Shown here piece by piece: positions 8,044-19,900 of a stretch of DNA of 64,000 nucleotides (the stretch's first letter is position 1; every line of letters begins with the position of its first letter). A program made the translations under genes and the position numbers. A model generated the notes under the pieces. The model did no database searches, was not told where the DNA came from, and saw only the letters and a list, made by a program, of their open reading frames with translations. Source of the DNA: Candidatus Latescibacterota bacterium (GTDB taxonomy: Bacteria; Latescibacterota; UBA2968; GCA-2709665); contig OZ242180.1 in the NCBI GenBank assembly GCA_965205485.1, forward strand, positions 4,384,001-4,448,000, written 5' to 3'.

Positions 8044-10857
8044 CTATTCCCCGTCGTCGTCGTCGATGACCACCAATACCCACTTCCTTGCGCCATCGTA
8101 GCCGCCCCCGCTGCCCCTGTTGGTCACGGCCACCCAATAGTTCAGGTCGTCGTCGTCCTGGTTGGCGGTGAGCCTCACCCTCTGCGGCGCATTCCAGTTA
8201 TTCGTGGTGAAGGTGAGGCTGTCGCGATTGGCCGACAGCTTGCTCGAGGAGCTGCTGACGGCAACGGTCACGCTGTCGGAAGGCTGGGACGCCAGGGCCA
8301 CCGTATACCCTTTGGTTTCCCCTTCGGTGATCCTGAATTCGTTCCGGCTCAATACCAGTTCTCCCACGTCCGGTTCCTCCGCGTCCGCCTGGTTGGAAGC
8401 ATTCTGTACACTGGTGGCGTCGAAGTTGGCCAAGGGGTTGCCAGCCCTGTCGATGAAGAGCCCCACCGCATCGCTGGCGAAAATGTTGTCGTAGGATATT
8501 TTAACCCGCTGGCTCTCGGTCACCCGATTCGAGGCATTGAGGTGCAGCTGCAACGACAGGCCGTGAATAGAGGCGGAACTGGGCCTCACCTGATCGCCGT
8601 CCACCTCGAGCGTCAGGACCGCTATGAAGAACTGGCCGAGATTCACGTTGACGATGCTCCTGATCGTGTAGAGAATCCGGGGAACGGTGACGTGCTCGCT
8701 GAAGAACAGGTTGACCTTGCTGCCGGTGTGGTGGACCTCCGCGCTGTTGAGCGTCGGTGATACCCCGTCGACCCTGTGGGCGCTGTCGGCAGCTACGGCC
8801 GCGAAGGCCAGCTCCGCTGAATTGCCGGCAAGGTCCGTGATGGCGTTGTCGTCCTCGAGACTGAGGGTGTCGGCGTCGATGGCGATGCCGTCCGTGTCGG
8901 TGTCCCCCTCCTGAACGACGTAGGCAAAGACCGCGGACGAGTCTCCAGTGAAGTCGTAGGTGGCCGTTCTCGCCTCGCCGCCGAGGTCCAGCTCCAGTTG
9001 CGGGGCGCCGGAAACAGTCACCTCCTCGCTGAAGGTCATCGTCACCTCGATGCTGTCCCCGACGGCGTAGAGCCTGTCGCCGCCCGCACGGGAGCTGATG
9101 GCGATGGATGACAGGACCGGGGCCACGGCATCCACCCTGTGGCCTGCATCGGCGGCGATGGGATCGTGGCTCAGGTCAACGGCGACGCCCGTCACGGCCT
9201 GCTTGATGGCGCCGCCGTTGAGCGTGAGCTTGTCCTCCCCGATGGCGATGCCGTCGCCGTCGAGGTCGCCCTCCTGCACCTGGTAGCCAAAGACCACCTC
9301 GGGGCCGGCGGTCCTGTCGCCGGGGCTGACACTTCCCTCGAACGAACCCTGCCCGAACCGGGCGATCTTGTCCGTTGTCCCGACGCTCAACTCGAGCTGC
9401 GGCGTTCCCGTGACGGACACATTTTCGTCGAAGGTCACCTTTGCGCCGATCCAGTCGCCGGCGACATACGTGGAGTCGTCCCCCGGATCCGTAACCAGCA
9501 CGACCGACGAGATGGCGGGAACGGGCAGGGTCAGCCCTCCGTCCACCTTGTGGCTGTCGGCGTTCGCGATTTCGCTGTGCCTCCGGTCGGCTTCCGCTGA
9601 AGTCTCCAGGGAGCCCGCCGGGCGCGACGACCAGATCTTGCCACTCCCTCCCCACCCGCCGTCATCGCCCGCCAGGACGGTGAGACCGTCCGTGTCTTCA
9701 TCCCCTGCCACGACGGTGTGTTTGAAGACCAGGGCTTTGGTGCGGTTTCCGGAGGCGTATCGGGCATGCGGGCTGGTGAACTCGCCGTCGCCATAGGTGA
9801 ACTTCAGGCCCTTGGTCACGGCGCCCTCTACCCGGACGTTCTGGTCGAAGGTGACCGCGATCCGGATCGCCTCCGTGCGCCGGTAGGTGGCGCCGTAGGC
9901 CGGGCTCGAGGTGACGGCAACCCCCTTGATGTACGGCTCCCCGTTCATCGGGTGGTCGGCATCCGCATCGAGCCCCGACATTTTCCAGGGCGCCCTCACG
10001 CCGTCGTGATTCAACGCCCAGACGATTCTTTCCCTGTACTGGCCAGGGCTGTCAGGGGCGGCACTCCCGATCCGGACCCCGTCGGTGTCTTTGAATTCGG
10101 ATCTCACCGTGAAGGAGAGACGTAGCGTTTCGGTACCGGTCCCGCTCCGGTACCAGGCAAGATTCTGCTGTTCCGTGCCATCCGACGCCCTGTTCCAGAA
10201 ATAGGGCAACCAGGGTTGGTCGACGCTGTCGACCCGCACGGGAGCGGTGTACGTCACGTCGATCTCGACCTCTTCTCCATGCCGGTAGGCGGCGCCGGAG
10301 GCAGGGGTGGAGGCGATTTCCACGTTGGTGACCCAGGGCCCCAGGCTGCCGTTCACCCTGTGACCGGACTGGGTCTCGAGCCCCAGGGGCGTGAACACCG
10401 CCGCAAAGTTGGAAACAGAGGTCTTCACCGTGCCGCTGCCCCTCCAGGCTGTCGCGGGTGCGCTGATCCCGTCGGTGTCCGTGTCCGTCGCGATCACTTC
10501 GTAACGGAAGACCAGCTTTCTCGTGCCGGATCCACGATGATACGTGGCGGTCCGCGTCGAGTCGCCGACGGTGAGGTCCATTTTGACTACGCCGCTGCCG
10601 GTGACCCGCATGCCCCTGTTGAAGGTGGCCTCGATTTCAATGATCTCTCCCAGCCCGTAGGTGTCCCCATTGGGGCCGTTCGAAGGGAAAACGCTGAAGA
10701 AGGCGGAATCAGGAGGTACGGAGATCACGTTCATCGCCGTCATGGTAGCTTCCTCGTGGTCGGCGAAAACCTCGGAAGGGCCCTGAAGCACGTTCAGTCC
10801 GACAATGATGGAGACCAGTGCGATTCGTACGGTGAGCCGGAGGCTATTATTGTGCAT
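8044..10857 (-). CDS. Secreted multi-Ig-like repeat surface protein
   Basis: AAGGAG before ATG 10857; signal peptide; five repeats of TYxxG(E/D)xI...TF...V.VxG.P.L...YxxGxGT...F.Y.V...DxDxDG; C-terminal Calx-beta-like unit (LTFTTNNWNAPQ). Confidence 0.85.
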   Translation of the reverse strand: MHNNSLRLTVRIALVSIIVGLNVLQGPSEVFADHEEATMTAMNVISVPPDSAFFSVFPSNGPNGDTYGLGEIIEIEATFNRGMRVTGSGVVKMDLTVGDSTRTATYHRGSGTRKLVFRYEVIATDTDTDGISAPATAWRGSGTVKTSVSNFAAVFTPLGLETQSGHRVNGSLGPWVTNVEIASTPASGAAYRHGEEVEIDVTYTAPVRVDSVDQPWLPYFWNRASDGTEQQNLAWYRSGTGTETLRLSFTVRSEFKDTDGVRIGSAAPDSPGQYRERIVWALNHDGVRAPWKMSGLDADADHPMNGEPYIKGVAVTSSPAYGATYRRTEAIRIAVTFDQNVRVEGAVTKGLKFTYGDGEFTSPHARYASGNRTKALVFKHTVVAGDEDTDGLTVLAGDDGGWGGSGKIWSSRPAGSLETSAEADRRHSEIANADSHKVDGGLTLPVPAISSVVLVTDPGDDSTYVAGDWIGAKVTFDENVSVTGTPQLELSVGTTDKIARFGQGSFEGSVSPGDRTAGPEVVFGYQVQEGDLDGDGIAIGEDKLTLNGGAIKQAVTGVAVDLSHDPIAADAGHRVDAVAPVLSSIAISSRAGGDRLYAVGDSIEVTMTFSEEVTVSGAPQLELDLGGEARTATYDFTGDSSAVFAYVVQEGDTDTDGIAIDADTLSLEDDNAITDLAGNSAELAFAAVAADSAHRVDGVSPTLNSAEVHHTGSKVNLFFSEHVTVPRILYTIRSIVNVNLGQFFIAVLTLEVDGDQVRPSSASIHGLSLQLHLNASNRVTESQRVKISYDNIFASDAVGLFIDRAGNPLANFDATSVQNASNQADAEEPDVGELVLSRNEFRITEGETKGYTVALASQPSDSVTVAVSSSSSKLSANRDSLTFTTNNWNAPQRVRLTANQDDDDLNYWVAVTNRGSGGGYDGARKWVLVVIDDDDGE

Positions 10858-10961
10858 CTGTCTCTCCTTTCCTGTTGCGGCTGTGTCCATTCCGCCGGAC
10901 GTTCTGATCGGAAAACCGGTTATTCTGCAGCACAACCACGCTTCCAATGACTTCAACGTGG

Positions 10962-13900
10962 CTACCAGATTACCCGACCCAGGATCCGGATGCCGTAGAT
11001 CGCGGCTTCCCGTCCCTGCGCCTGGCGTATGCCCCGCACGTCCAGGCGCGCTGCCCTGCCCAACAGGAACCGTCCGCCAATGCGATAGCTGTCGCGGCCG
11101 CGGGTCCCGGCCGTCCAGCCGCCATAAGGCATTACTGTGCCCTCTCCGTCAGGCGTCAGGAGCTGATACCCGACGTCGACCTTCATCCGATCCGGTCGAA
11201 CACCCGGGGTTCCCCCAGGACTCAATGCCAGGACCGGCGCGTCCAGCCACAGCGTTCCTTCCGTCTCCGCGGGCGCGCCCCAGACCGGCGACACGTCCAG
11301 CATCAACCCCTGCTCGCCCTGTCCAGGACTGACGCGCAGAAACAGACTCGCCCCCCACTCTTCGAAGTCTGACTGCTCGTGCAGGACGAGATAGCGCCCG
11401 CGTGCCGACAGGCTGACGCCGTTATCGACGTGGATGTACTCGATGCCGCCGCCCACGTCGACGCCCCTGCCATTCTCTATGCGCCCCCAATCCCTCCGCC
11501 CGCCGATCTCCACGCTCTGGCTCAACCGGCTTGCGCGTCCGCTTCTATGGGTGTGACGAGCCTCGATGAGCAGGCGCACCCGCTTCGCCTCCTCGCGCAC
11601 TTCCGGCAGCCGCGCGTTTTCGTCTGACGCGGTCTCCACGTAAAACGCGTCACCCTTGAGCGCGAACCCGACCCGGCCCAGGGTGGTCAGAAGTTGACGC
11701 CCGCCGCCGGCGCCCATCATCAACGTCAGATCCGTTTCCAGTCCGCCTTCGGCGTCAGTCAGCTCGACCCTGCCCCGCCCGGCGCCGAACATCCCCCACA
11801 ATCCGAACCGCGGATGCGGTTTCAGATGGAGGTAGGGCAGCAGGGTTGTGATCGCAAAATCGATCGGCACCAGGGTCCTGCCCGAAACGGCATGCGTGTA
11901 GTTCAGGTCGCCCGCGCTATACGTTGCAGCCAGGCCCAGCAGCGCCTTTGAGCGGATGTTGTAGTCGATACCGACGTAGCTGCTGAATGCGTCCGCATCC
12001 ATCCGCCGGGCGGTTCCGGGCGCGCCCTCGAAACCACTCATGGCGCCGCGGCCCCAGAGCGTCCATCCGGACTCACCTCCTTTGCTGCGATGTGGAACGC
12101 GAATGTCGCTGCCGGACAGGGCGTCCCATACACTCGTCCGGCGCAAGTGAGTCAGGGCCCGGATCGTCTGGGCGTCCGGCGGGATACGGTACCCGAGCGC
12201 CGCGGGCGGGGCGATTTCCCGTCCGTAAATCGTCGAGTACGACCGTTGGCCCCGGTCCCGGTTGCCGTCCATGATCAGCGGCTGCCCGCCGAGCGTAAGC
12301 GACGGGCGGCCGTCACGGTCCGGATCGAACCGGCGGCTGATCACCTCGACGGCATCTGAAGCCACCATGCGTCCCACGCTCGAAAGGAATATCTCCAGCG
12401 CCCGTATCGCGGCATCGTTGTCGTCGATGGTGCCGGTTGCCGCCGCCTCCTCACCGTTGAGCGTCGCGTTGACCGACCTGGACAGGATCATTCTGAAATT
12501 CTCGGTGTCTTCCTCCACGCTGTCGTCAATGATCGGTACGGTAACGGTCCGCCGTGTCTCCAGCGGGGCGAAGCGAAGGGTGCCACGCGTCCTGGCATAG
12601 TCCGCGCCTGCCGCCGCCGTGCCGTTGGACGTGGCGTAATTCACTATGACTTCCTCGCTGCTCTGCACGTCCAGCGTCACCGTGAACACCATCTCCCCGG
12701 CGTGTTCGGTAACCCGTTCATTTCCGATCGTCACCACGGGCACGTCGTCTTCGATCACCGTAACGGCAAGAGAGGGCACGGCCACTGCGCCGTAGTCTCC
12801 CCCGCTGATCAAATGACTCAGCGTTGCCCTGTCGACGATCGCGTCGTCGTCGTGGGCCGCGCGCACCACGAATTCCTGCGGTACGTCCCAGTTCCGTGGC
12901 GAGAACGTCATCTGCACGGGCGCCACCGACACGTCGGGATTCGCCGTTTCCGTGACGTCAACCTTCACCAGCGACGTCGGCTCGCTGTGAAGTACGACAT
13001 TGTAGCCGGCGGCCTGCCCTTCGGGAACGGCCAGGGCCGCCGTGGAAACGGTCACGCCGCGTTCGTCGTTGTCCAGAATTGTAACCGCCGCGTTCATCGG
13101 GCGACCCCGTTCGACCCTGTCGGGCAGCGAACCGAATCCCAACGTCACGGTTTCGCCGTCATCGTCGACGTCGTCGTCGACGGCGGCCACCCGGAACCGT
13201 TTTCGAGTCTCGCCTCTGTTGAAGACGACATTGGGAGGCACGCCGTGGTAGTCCGTTGCCGTGGCGCCGCCGCCGTGCGCGACCACCACCGGAATTGTCA
13301 CTTCACGCTCAGGGTCCGCGCTCAACAATACCGTGACCCGTGCCGGATTACCGCCCTCGGCGGCGTCATGGGATGCACCGTCGAACGAGACGTTTACCAC
13401 GGGATCGTCGTCGTCTTCAATGTGAATCACGGCCTCGGCGGGTTTGCCCGGAATGACCCGATCCGGCAGCGTTCCGAAACCGATGGTGATGCTCTCGTCG
13501 TCATCGTCAAGGTCGTCATCGACGGCGGTGACGTCGAAGGACCTTTCCATCTCACCAGAACCGAAAGTGACCGTCGACGGCACGCCCTCGAAGTCGTCCG
13601 GCGTCGCACCGCCCTGCATGCTCACCCTGATCGGCACCGTCAGGTCGCGCTCCGGGTCGCCGCTCAACGTCACGCGAACCGTCACGCGAGCGGGAGCACC
13701 CCCCTCTCTGGCGGTATAGCTGTCGCTGGCGAAAGAGACGATTGTCATCGGGTCGTCATTGTCAACAATGAGAATCTCGGTCGACACGGGGTTGCCTGCG
13801 ACGACCCGATCCGGCAGGGTACCGAAGCCGATCGTCAGACTCTCGCCGTCATCGTCCACGTCGTCGTCCACGGCGGTGACGTCGAAGGATTCAGCCATCT

Positions 13901-16900
13901 GGCCGACGCCAAAGGTAATCGCTTCCGGAACCCCTTCGAAGTCGTCCGGCGTGGCGCCGCCGTTCAGGTCGACCGTCAGCGGAACCGTCACGGCCCGCCC
14001 GGGGTCGGCGTTGAGCATCACGCGCACGGTGACCCGCGCGGGAGTGCCGCCCTCTGCCGCCGTATAGTTCGCCTTCGCGAAGGAGACGGTGACTTCAGCC
14101 CCCGCCGGTTCATCGCGCGCGTCGTCGTCGGTAACGGTCACTGCGAGATTCCTGACGACCGTATCATAGCCGCCGCCGGCGGCAGTATGCGACAGCGTCA
14201 CCGGGTCATCGTCCGCATCGTCATCGTGCGCCGCCGATACCCGAACGGTCTGCGGCGTGTTCCAGGATGCAGCGCCGAACGTGAGCGTCGTCTTGTCCAG
14301 AGAAACGTCCGTACCCGCCGCCCCGCCGACGGTCACGGTCACGTCCGAAACGGGCGGCGCGGTGAGTGTCACCGTGTAGTCTTCATGGGCCCCCTCGTCC
14401 ACGCGCAACGGCGCCGGTTCCAGCACGATGTCTCCCGCCACGCTTCCGCCTCCGCCGCCCCCGCCACCTCCGTCGTCGTCGATCACCGTAACCGGCAGGT
14501 CTACCCGCGCGGATCCGTAGTTGCCTCCCGAGGCCGTGTGTACGAGGGTGCCGTTGTCATTGACCGCGTCTTCATCATGACCCGCGGTCACCGTCACGGT
14601 CTGCGGCGTGTTCCAGTTCGAATTGGTGAATGCGAGCGTGTTCCTGCCCAGCCTGAGATCCGCCTCGCTTCCCCCCGAGATCGTTACGCTCACGTTCGCA
14701 CCGGGCAGCGAGGACAGCTTCACCGTGTACGCGGTGCTGGTCCCCTCTCCGAACGACAGCGACGCCGGCGACAATACCAGGGCCGCCTCGTCGTCATCGG
14801 CCACCCTCACCGGGAGGTCCTTGCGTACCGAACCGTAATTTGCGCCGGAGGCCGTATGCGACAGTTTCGCCGAATCGTCGCTGCTGTCTGCATCGTGCGC
14901 CGCGGACACACTCACTGACTGATCCACGTTCCAGGTCTCCGGAGTAAATCTCATGGTCTTGGTACTGAGCGTCACGTCGGTACCCGACGTGATTTCGACG
15001 GTCACCGTTACCTCGCCGCCCGGCAGCGTCGACAGCCTTACCCGGTAGCTGGCGCTGGACCCCTCGTTCACCGTCAGCGACGGCGGCGATATCACCAGGT
15101 CGGCCTCGTCGTCGTCCGCAATCAGTACCCGAAGGTCCCTGCTCACGGACCCGTAGTCACCCCCAAAGGCCGTATGCGTCAGCGTCGCCGTGTCACTGCC
15201 GCTGTCGTCGTCCGCCGCCGCCGACACGCGCACCGTCTGGTCGATGTTCCAGTCCGTCGTCGAAAACGTCAGAAGCGTCTTGTCCAGCAACAGGTCCGTG
15301 TTCGCCGTCCCGCCGATGGTCACCGTCACGTCTGCCGTCGGCCGGGTCGCCAGCGACACCGTGTAGGTGACGTCCTCACCCTCCATCAACGTCAGCGATG
15401 GCGGCGACAGGACCAGGGCCGGCGCGTCGTCGTCGGTGATCTCGACCGGAAGATCCGCGGTTACGGACACATAATCGCCGCCGTTGGCAGTGTGCGAAAT
15501 CGTCGCGTCTTCGCTGACCGCATCGTCATCGTCCGCGGCGGACGCCGTCACCGGCTGCGACGTGTTCCACGTCACGGTCGTGAACGTCAGACTCGTTTCG
15601 TCCAGTGTCAGATCCGTCCCCGCGGTCCCGCCGATGGCTACCGTTACGTCAGCCGTCGGCCTCGTGGCCAGCCTGATCCGGTACGTGGAGGCTCCGTTTT
15701 CCCGGATGCCAAGTGTCTCCGGCGCCAGAACCAGACCCGCTTCGTCGTCGTCCGTGACCGTGACGGGCAGGTCCTTCGTCACGGACCCGTAGTCGCCGCC
15801 CGATGCCGTATGCGTCAGCGTCTCGTCGTCATTGACCGCGTCGTCGTCGTCCCCCGCCGACACCGTCACCGTCCGCTCCGTATTCCAGTTCCCGGTCGTG
15901 AACGTCAGGCTCGGCGGATTGGTGGTGAGGTCCGTACCCGCCTGGCCGCCGATGGTCACCGTTACGGTTGCGGTCGGCCGCGTGTCCAGCACCACGGTGT
16001 ACGTCGCATCGTCGTTCTCGTCCACCGGCAGCGACGCGGGCTCAATCACGATCGCCGCCTCGTCGTCATCGATGACCGTGACGGGCAGGTCCTTCGTCAC
16101 GGAACCGTAGTCCCCGCCCGACGCGGCGTGCGTCAGCGTCTCACTGTCGTCGACCGCGTCGTCGTCGTCACCCGCGGACACCGTCACCGTCTGTTCCGCG
16201 CTCCACGTCGTGGGTGTGAACGTCAGACTCGTCTGGTTCAGCGAAACGTCGGTTCCGGGCGGCAGGCCGATGGTCACCGTCACGTCTGCCGACGGTTCCG
16301 TGTCCAGCTTCACGGTATAGGTGTTGTCGTCGTTTTCATTCACCGTCACCGGCGTGGGAACAAGCACGATCGCCGCCTCGTCGTCGTCCGTAACCGTGAC
16401 ATCGAGGTCCTTCGTCAATGACGCGTAGTCGCCGCCTGACGCCGTGTGCGTCAATGTCTCACTGTCATTGACCGCGTCGTCGTCGTCCGCGGCCGTTACC
16501 GTCACCGTCTGTTCCGTGCTCCACGTCGTCGCCGTGAACGTGAGACTCGTCTGGTTCAGCGACAGATCCGTACCCGAGTGACCGCCGATGGTCACCGTCA
16601 CCGCAGCCGTCGGCTCCGAGGCCAGCTTCACGGTATACGCGTTGGCGTCGTTCTCGTCCACGGGCAGCGGCTCGGGAGCGATCACGATCGCCGCCTCGTC
16701 GTCGTCCGTGACCGTGACAGGCAGGTCCTTCGTCACGGTCGCGTAGTCGCCGCCCGACGCCGTGTGCGCCAGGGTCTCGCTGTCATCGACCGCGTCGTCA
16801 TCGGCCGCCGCGGATACCGTCACCGTCTGCTCCGTGTTCCAGTTTCCGGTCGTGAACGTCAGACTCGTCCGGTTCAGCGACAGGTCCGTACCCGAGTGAC

Positions 16901-19900
16901 CGCTGATCGTCACCGTCACCGTCGCCGTCGGCAGGGTCGTCAATGCTACCGTGTAAATCTCGTCATCGTCTTCGCCGACTTCCAGCGCCGGGGACGACAG
17001 GGACAACCCTGCCTCGTCGTTGTCGGTGACCGTCACCGGAAGGTCTTTGCTCACGGACGCATAGTCACCCCCCGACGCGGTGTGTGAGAGCGTCTCATTG
17101 TCAATCACCGCGTCCGCATCCTCCGCCGCGGACACCGTCACCGTCTGCTCCGTGTTCCAATTGCCGGTCGTGAACGTCAGGCTCGTCTTGTTCGGAGTCA
17201 GATCCGTACCCGAGTGACCGCTGATCGTCACCGTCACCGCCGCCGTCGGCTCCGTATCCAGCGCCACCGTGTACGTCCTGTCGCCGCCCTCGAGTACGCC
17301 GAGTGACGGGGGGTCAATCGCCAGGGCCGGCTCGTCGTCGTCCGTGACCGTGACGTCCAGGTCCTTCGTTACGGACCCGTAGTCGCCTCCCGACGCCGTG
17401 TGCGTCAGCACCTCGCTGTCATCGACCGCATCGTCGTCGTCCCCCGCGGATACCGTCACCGTCTGCTCCGTACTCCAGTCCCCGGTCGTGAACGTCAGAC
17501 TCGTTTCGTTCAGCGACAGGTCCGTACCCGAGTGACCGCCGATCGTCACCGTCACCGTTGCCGTCGGCTTCGTATCCAGTTTTACGGTATAGGCGTTGTC
17601 GTCGTTCTCGCCCACGGGCAGCGGCTCTGGGTCGAGCACGATCGCCGGCTCGTCGTCATCCGTGACCGTCACGGGCAGGTCCTTCGTCACCGACCCGTAG
17701 TCGCCGCCCGACGCGGTGTGTGTCAGCGTCGCGCTGTCGTCCACCGCGTCGTCATCGTCCGCCGCGGACACCGTCACCGTCTGCTCCGTGTTCCAGTTTC
17801 CGGTCGTGAACGTCAGGTTTGGCGGGTCCGTTGTCAGGTCCGTATCCGCCGTTCCGCCGATGGTCACCGTCACCGTCGCCGTCGGCTCCGTGTCCAGCTT
17901 CACGGTATAGGTGTTGTCGTCGTTCTCGTCCACGGGCAGCGGCGTGGGCGCAAGTACGATCGCCGCCTCGTCGTCATCCGTGACCGTAACTTCGAGGTCC
18001 TTCGTCACCGATCCGTATTCGCCGCCGGACGCCGTGTGCGTCAGGGTCTCGCTATCGTCGACCGCGTCGTCATCGTCCCCCGCCGTGACCGTCACCGTCT
18101 GCTCCGTGTTCCAGTTCCCGGTCGTGAACGTCAGGCTCGTCCGGTTCAGTGTCAGATCCGTACCCGAGTGACCGCTGATGGTCACCGTCACCGTCACCGT
18201 CGGCTCCGTGTCCAGCCGCACGGTATAGGGCTTGTTGTCGTTTTCGTCCACGGGCAGCGGCTCGGGCACGAGCACGATCGCCGCCTCGTCGTCGTCCGTG
18301 ACCGTGACGTCAAGGTCCTTCGTCACCGACCCGTAGTCGCCGCCCGACGCCGTGTGCGTCAGCGTCTCGCTTTCGTCGACCGCGTCATCGTCGTCTCCCG
18401 CCGTTACCGTCACCGTCTGCTCCGTGTTCCAGTTCCCGGTCGTGAACGTCAGACTCGTCCGGCTCAGCGACAGATCCGTACCCGAGTGGCCGCCGATCGT
18501 TACCGTCACCGTCGCCGTCGGCTCCGTGTCCAGCCTCACGGTATAGGCGTTGTCGTCGTTTTCGTCCACGGGCAGCGGCTCGGGATCGACCACAATCGCC
18601 GGCTCGTCGTCGTCCGTGACCGTGACGTCCACGTCCTTGCTGATGGAACCATAGCCTCCGCCGGATGCCTCGAGCGTCAGCGTCGCATCGTCATCGACCG
18701 CGTCGTCATCGTGTGCGGCGGAAACCGTCACGGTCTGTTCCGTGTTCCAGGTCGTCGGTGTAAACGTCAGGGTCGGATCGCTCACCGACACGTCCGTGCC
18801 GGGCGGCGTTCCGACGTTCACGGTTACGTTCGCCGTCGGCTCCGTGGCCAGCTCGACGCGGAACGTGTTGCTGGATCCCTCGCCCACCGGCAACGTCTGG
18901 GTGGACAGCACCAGGTCCGCATCGTCGTCGTCCGTTATTGCCAGTTGCCGGCTGTAGGGAAACGCAATGGTCCCGAAAGACAGCTCGTCGGCGATCGTCA
19001 ACGCCCCGGAGACAAGGACCTGCTTGTCCAGCGCATCGACGTCGTTGTCCATGGCCGTCAACGTGACCATCCCCGTACTCGTCTTCGATCCCTGCGCGAT
19101 CGTCAGCGTCGTGCCGTTCTGCGTAAAGTCGCCTGACGCCTCGGTGGACACCGTCACGGTGACCTCGCTTCGTACCGCCGAGTTCAGTTCCGCCGTCACC
19201 GTGGACGTCCCGCCGGCTTCGCCGATCGCATCCGGGGTCAGTACCAGCGTGACCTCGGGAGGGGATTCATCTTCGACGACATTCCAGTCGTTCTGTATTT
19301 TCGCCGCACTCAGACCGTCCGGTCCCGTTACTTCGTACGTGTAGGCGACTTTGGATCCGAATTTGTGGCTGTAGTAGTCGTTGTCCACCGTCGAGAGCGT
19401 CACCGTCCCGGTGCTCGTGGTGTCGCCCGCCGATATCGTCAGCGTCCGGTTTGTGCTCAACGCGTACTCGTCCGCAAACGCTGACGTGTTGTCCTCATCG
19501 ATGGCGACGCTCACGCTGACGTTTTCGGTCAGGGGCTGCGTCAGGTATGCGCTCACCGTGCTCGTCTGACCCTGGCCCTCGACCAGTCGGTTCGGCGACA
19601 GCAACATCCACAGCATGGAGCCGGTCGCGTCGTCGTCGAGGATCATGACACTCGTCGTCCTCACGGTAAAGGACGATGAGCTGAAGTTTGTCCTGCTGAC
19701 GCTCGCGGAGGTATTGTTCGTGCCCGCGATGTCTGCCGCCGTAACCGTTACGGTCCCCGTGCTCATCGTCTGACCGGCGGGCATCGTCAGCTGGATGTTG
19801 TCGCTCAACACAAGCGTCGAACCGAAGACCCTGACGTCGAAGGTCACCGTCTCGGGCATTGGCACGAATGACACCGCGCTGATCGTGCTGACGCCGCCGT

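Noticed and set aside
12702..19136. Long plus-strand Arg/His/Val-rich ORFs
   Set aside because: Antisense shadows of the GC-rich repetitive adhesin.
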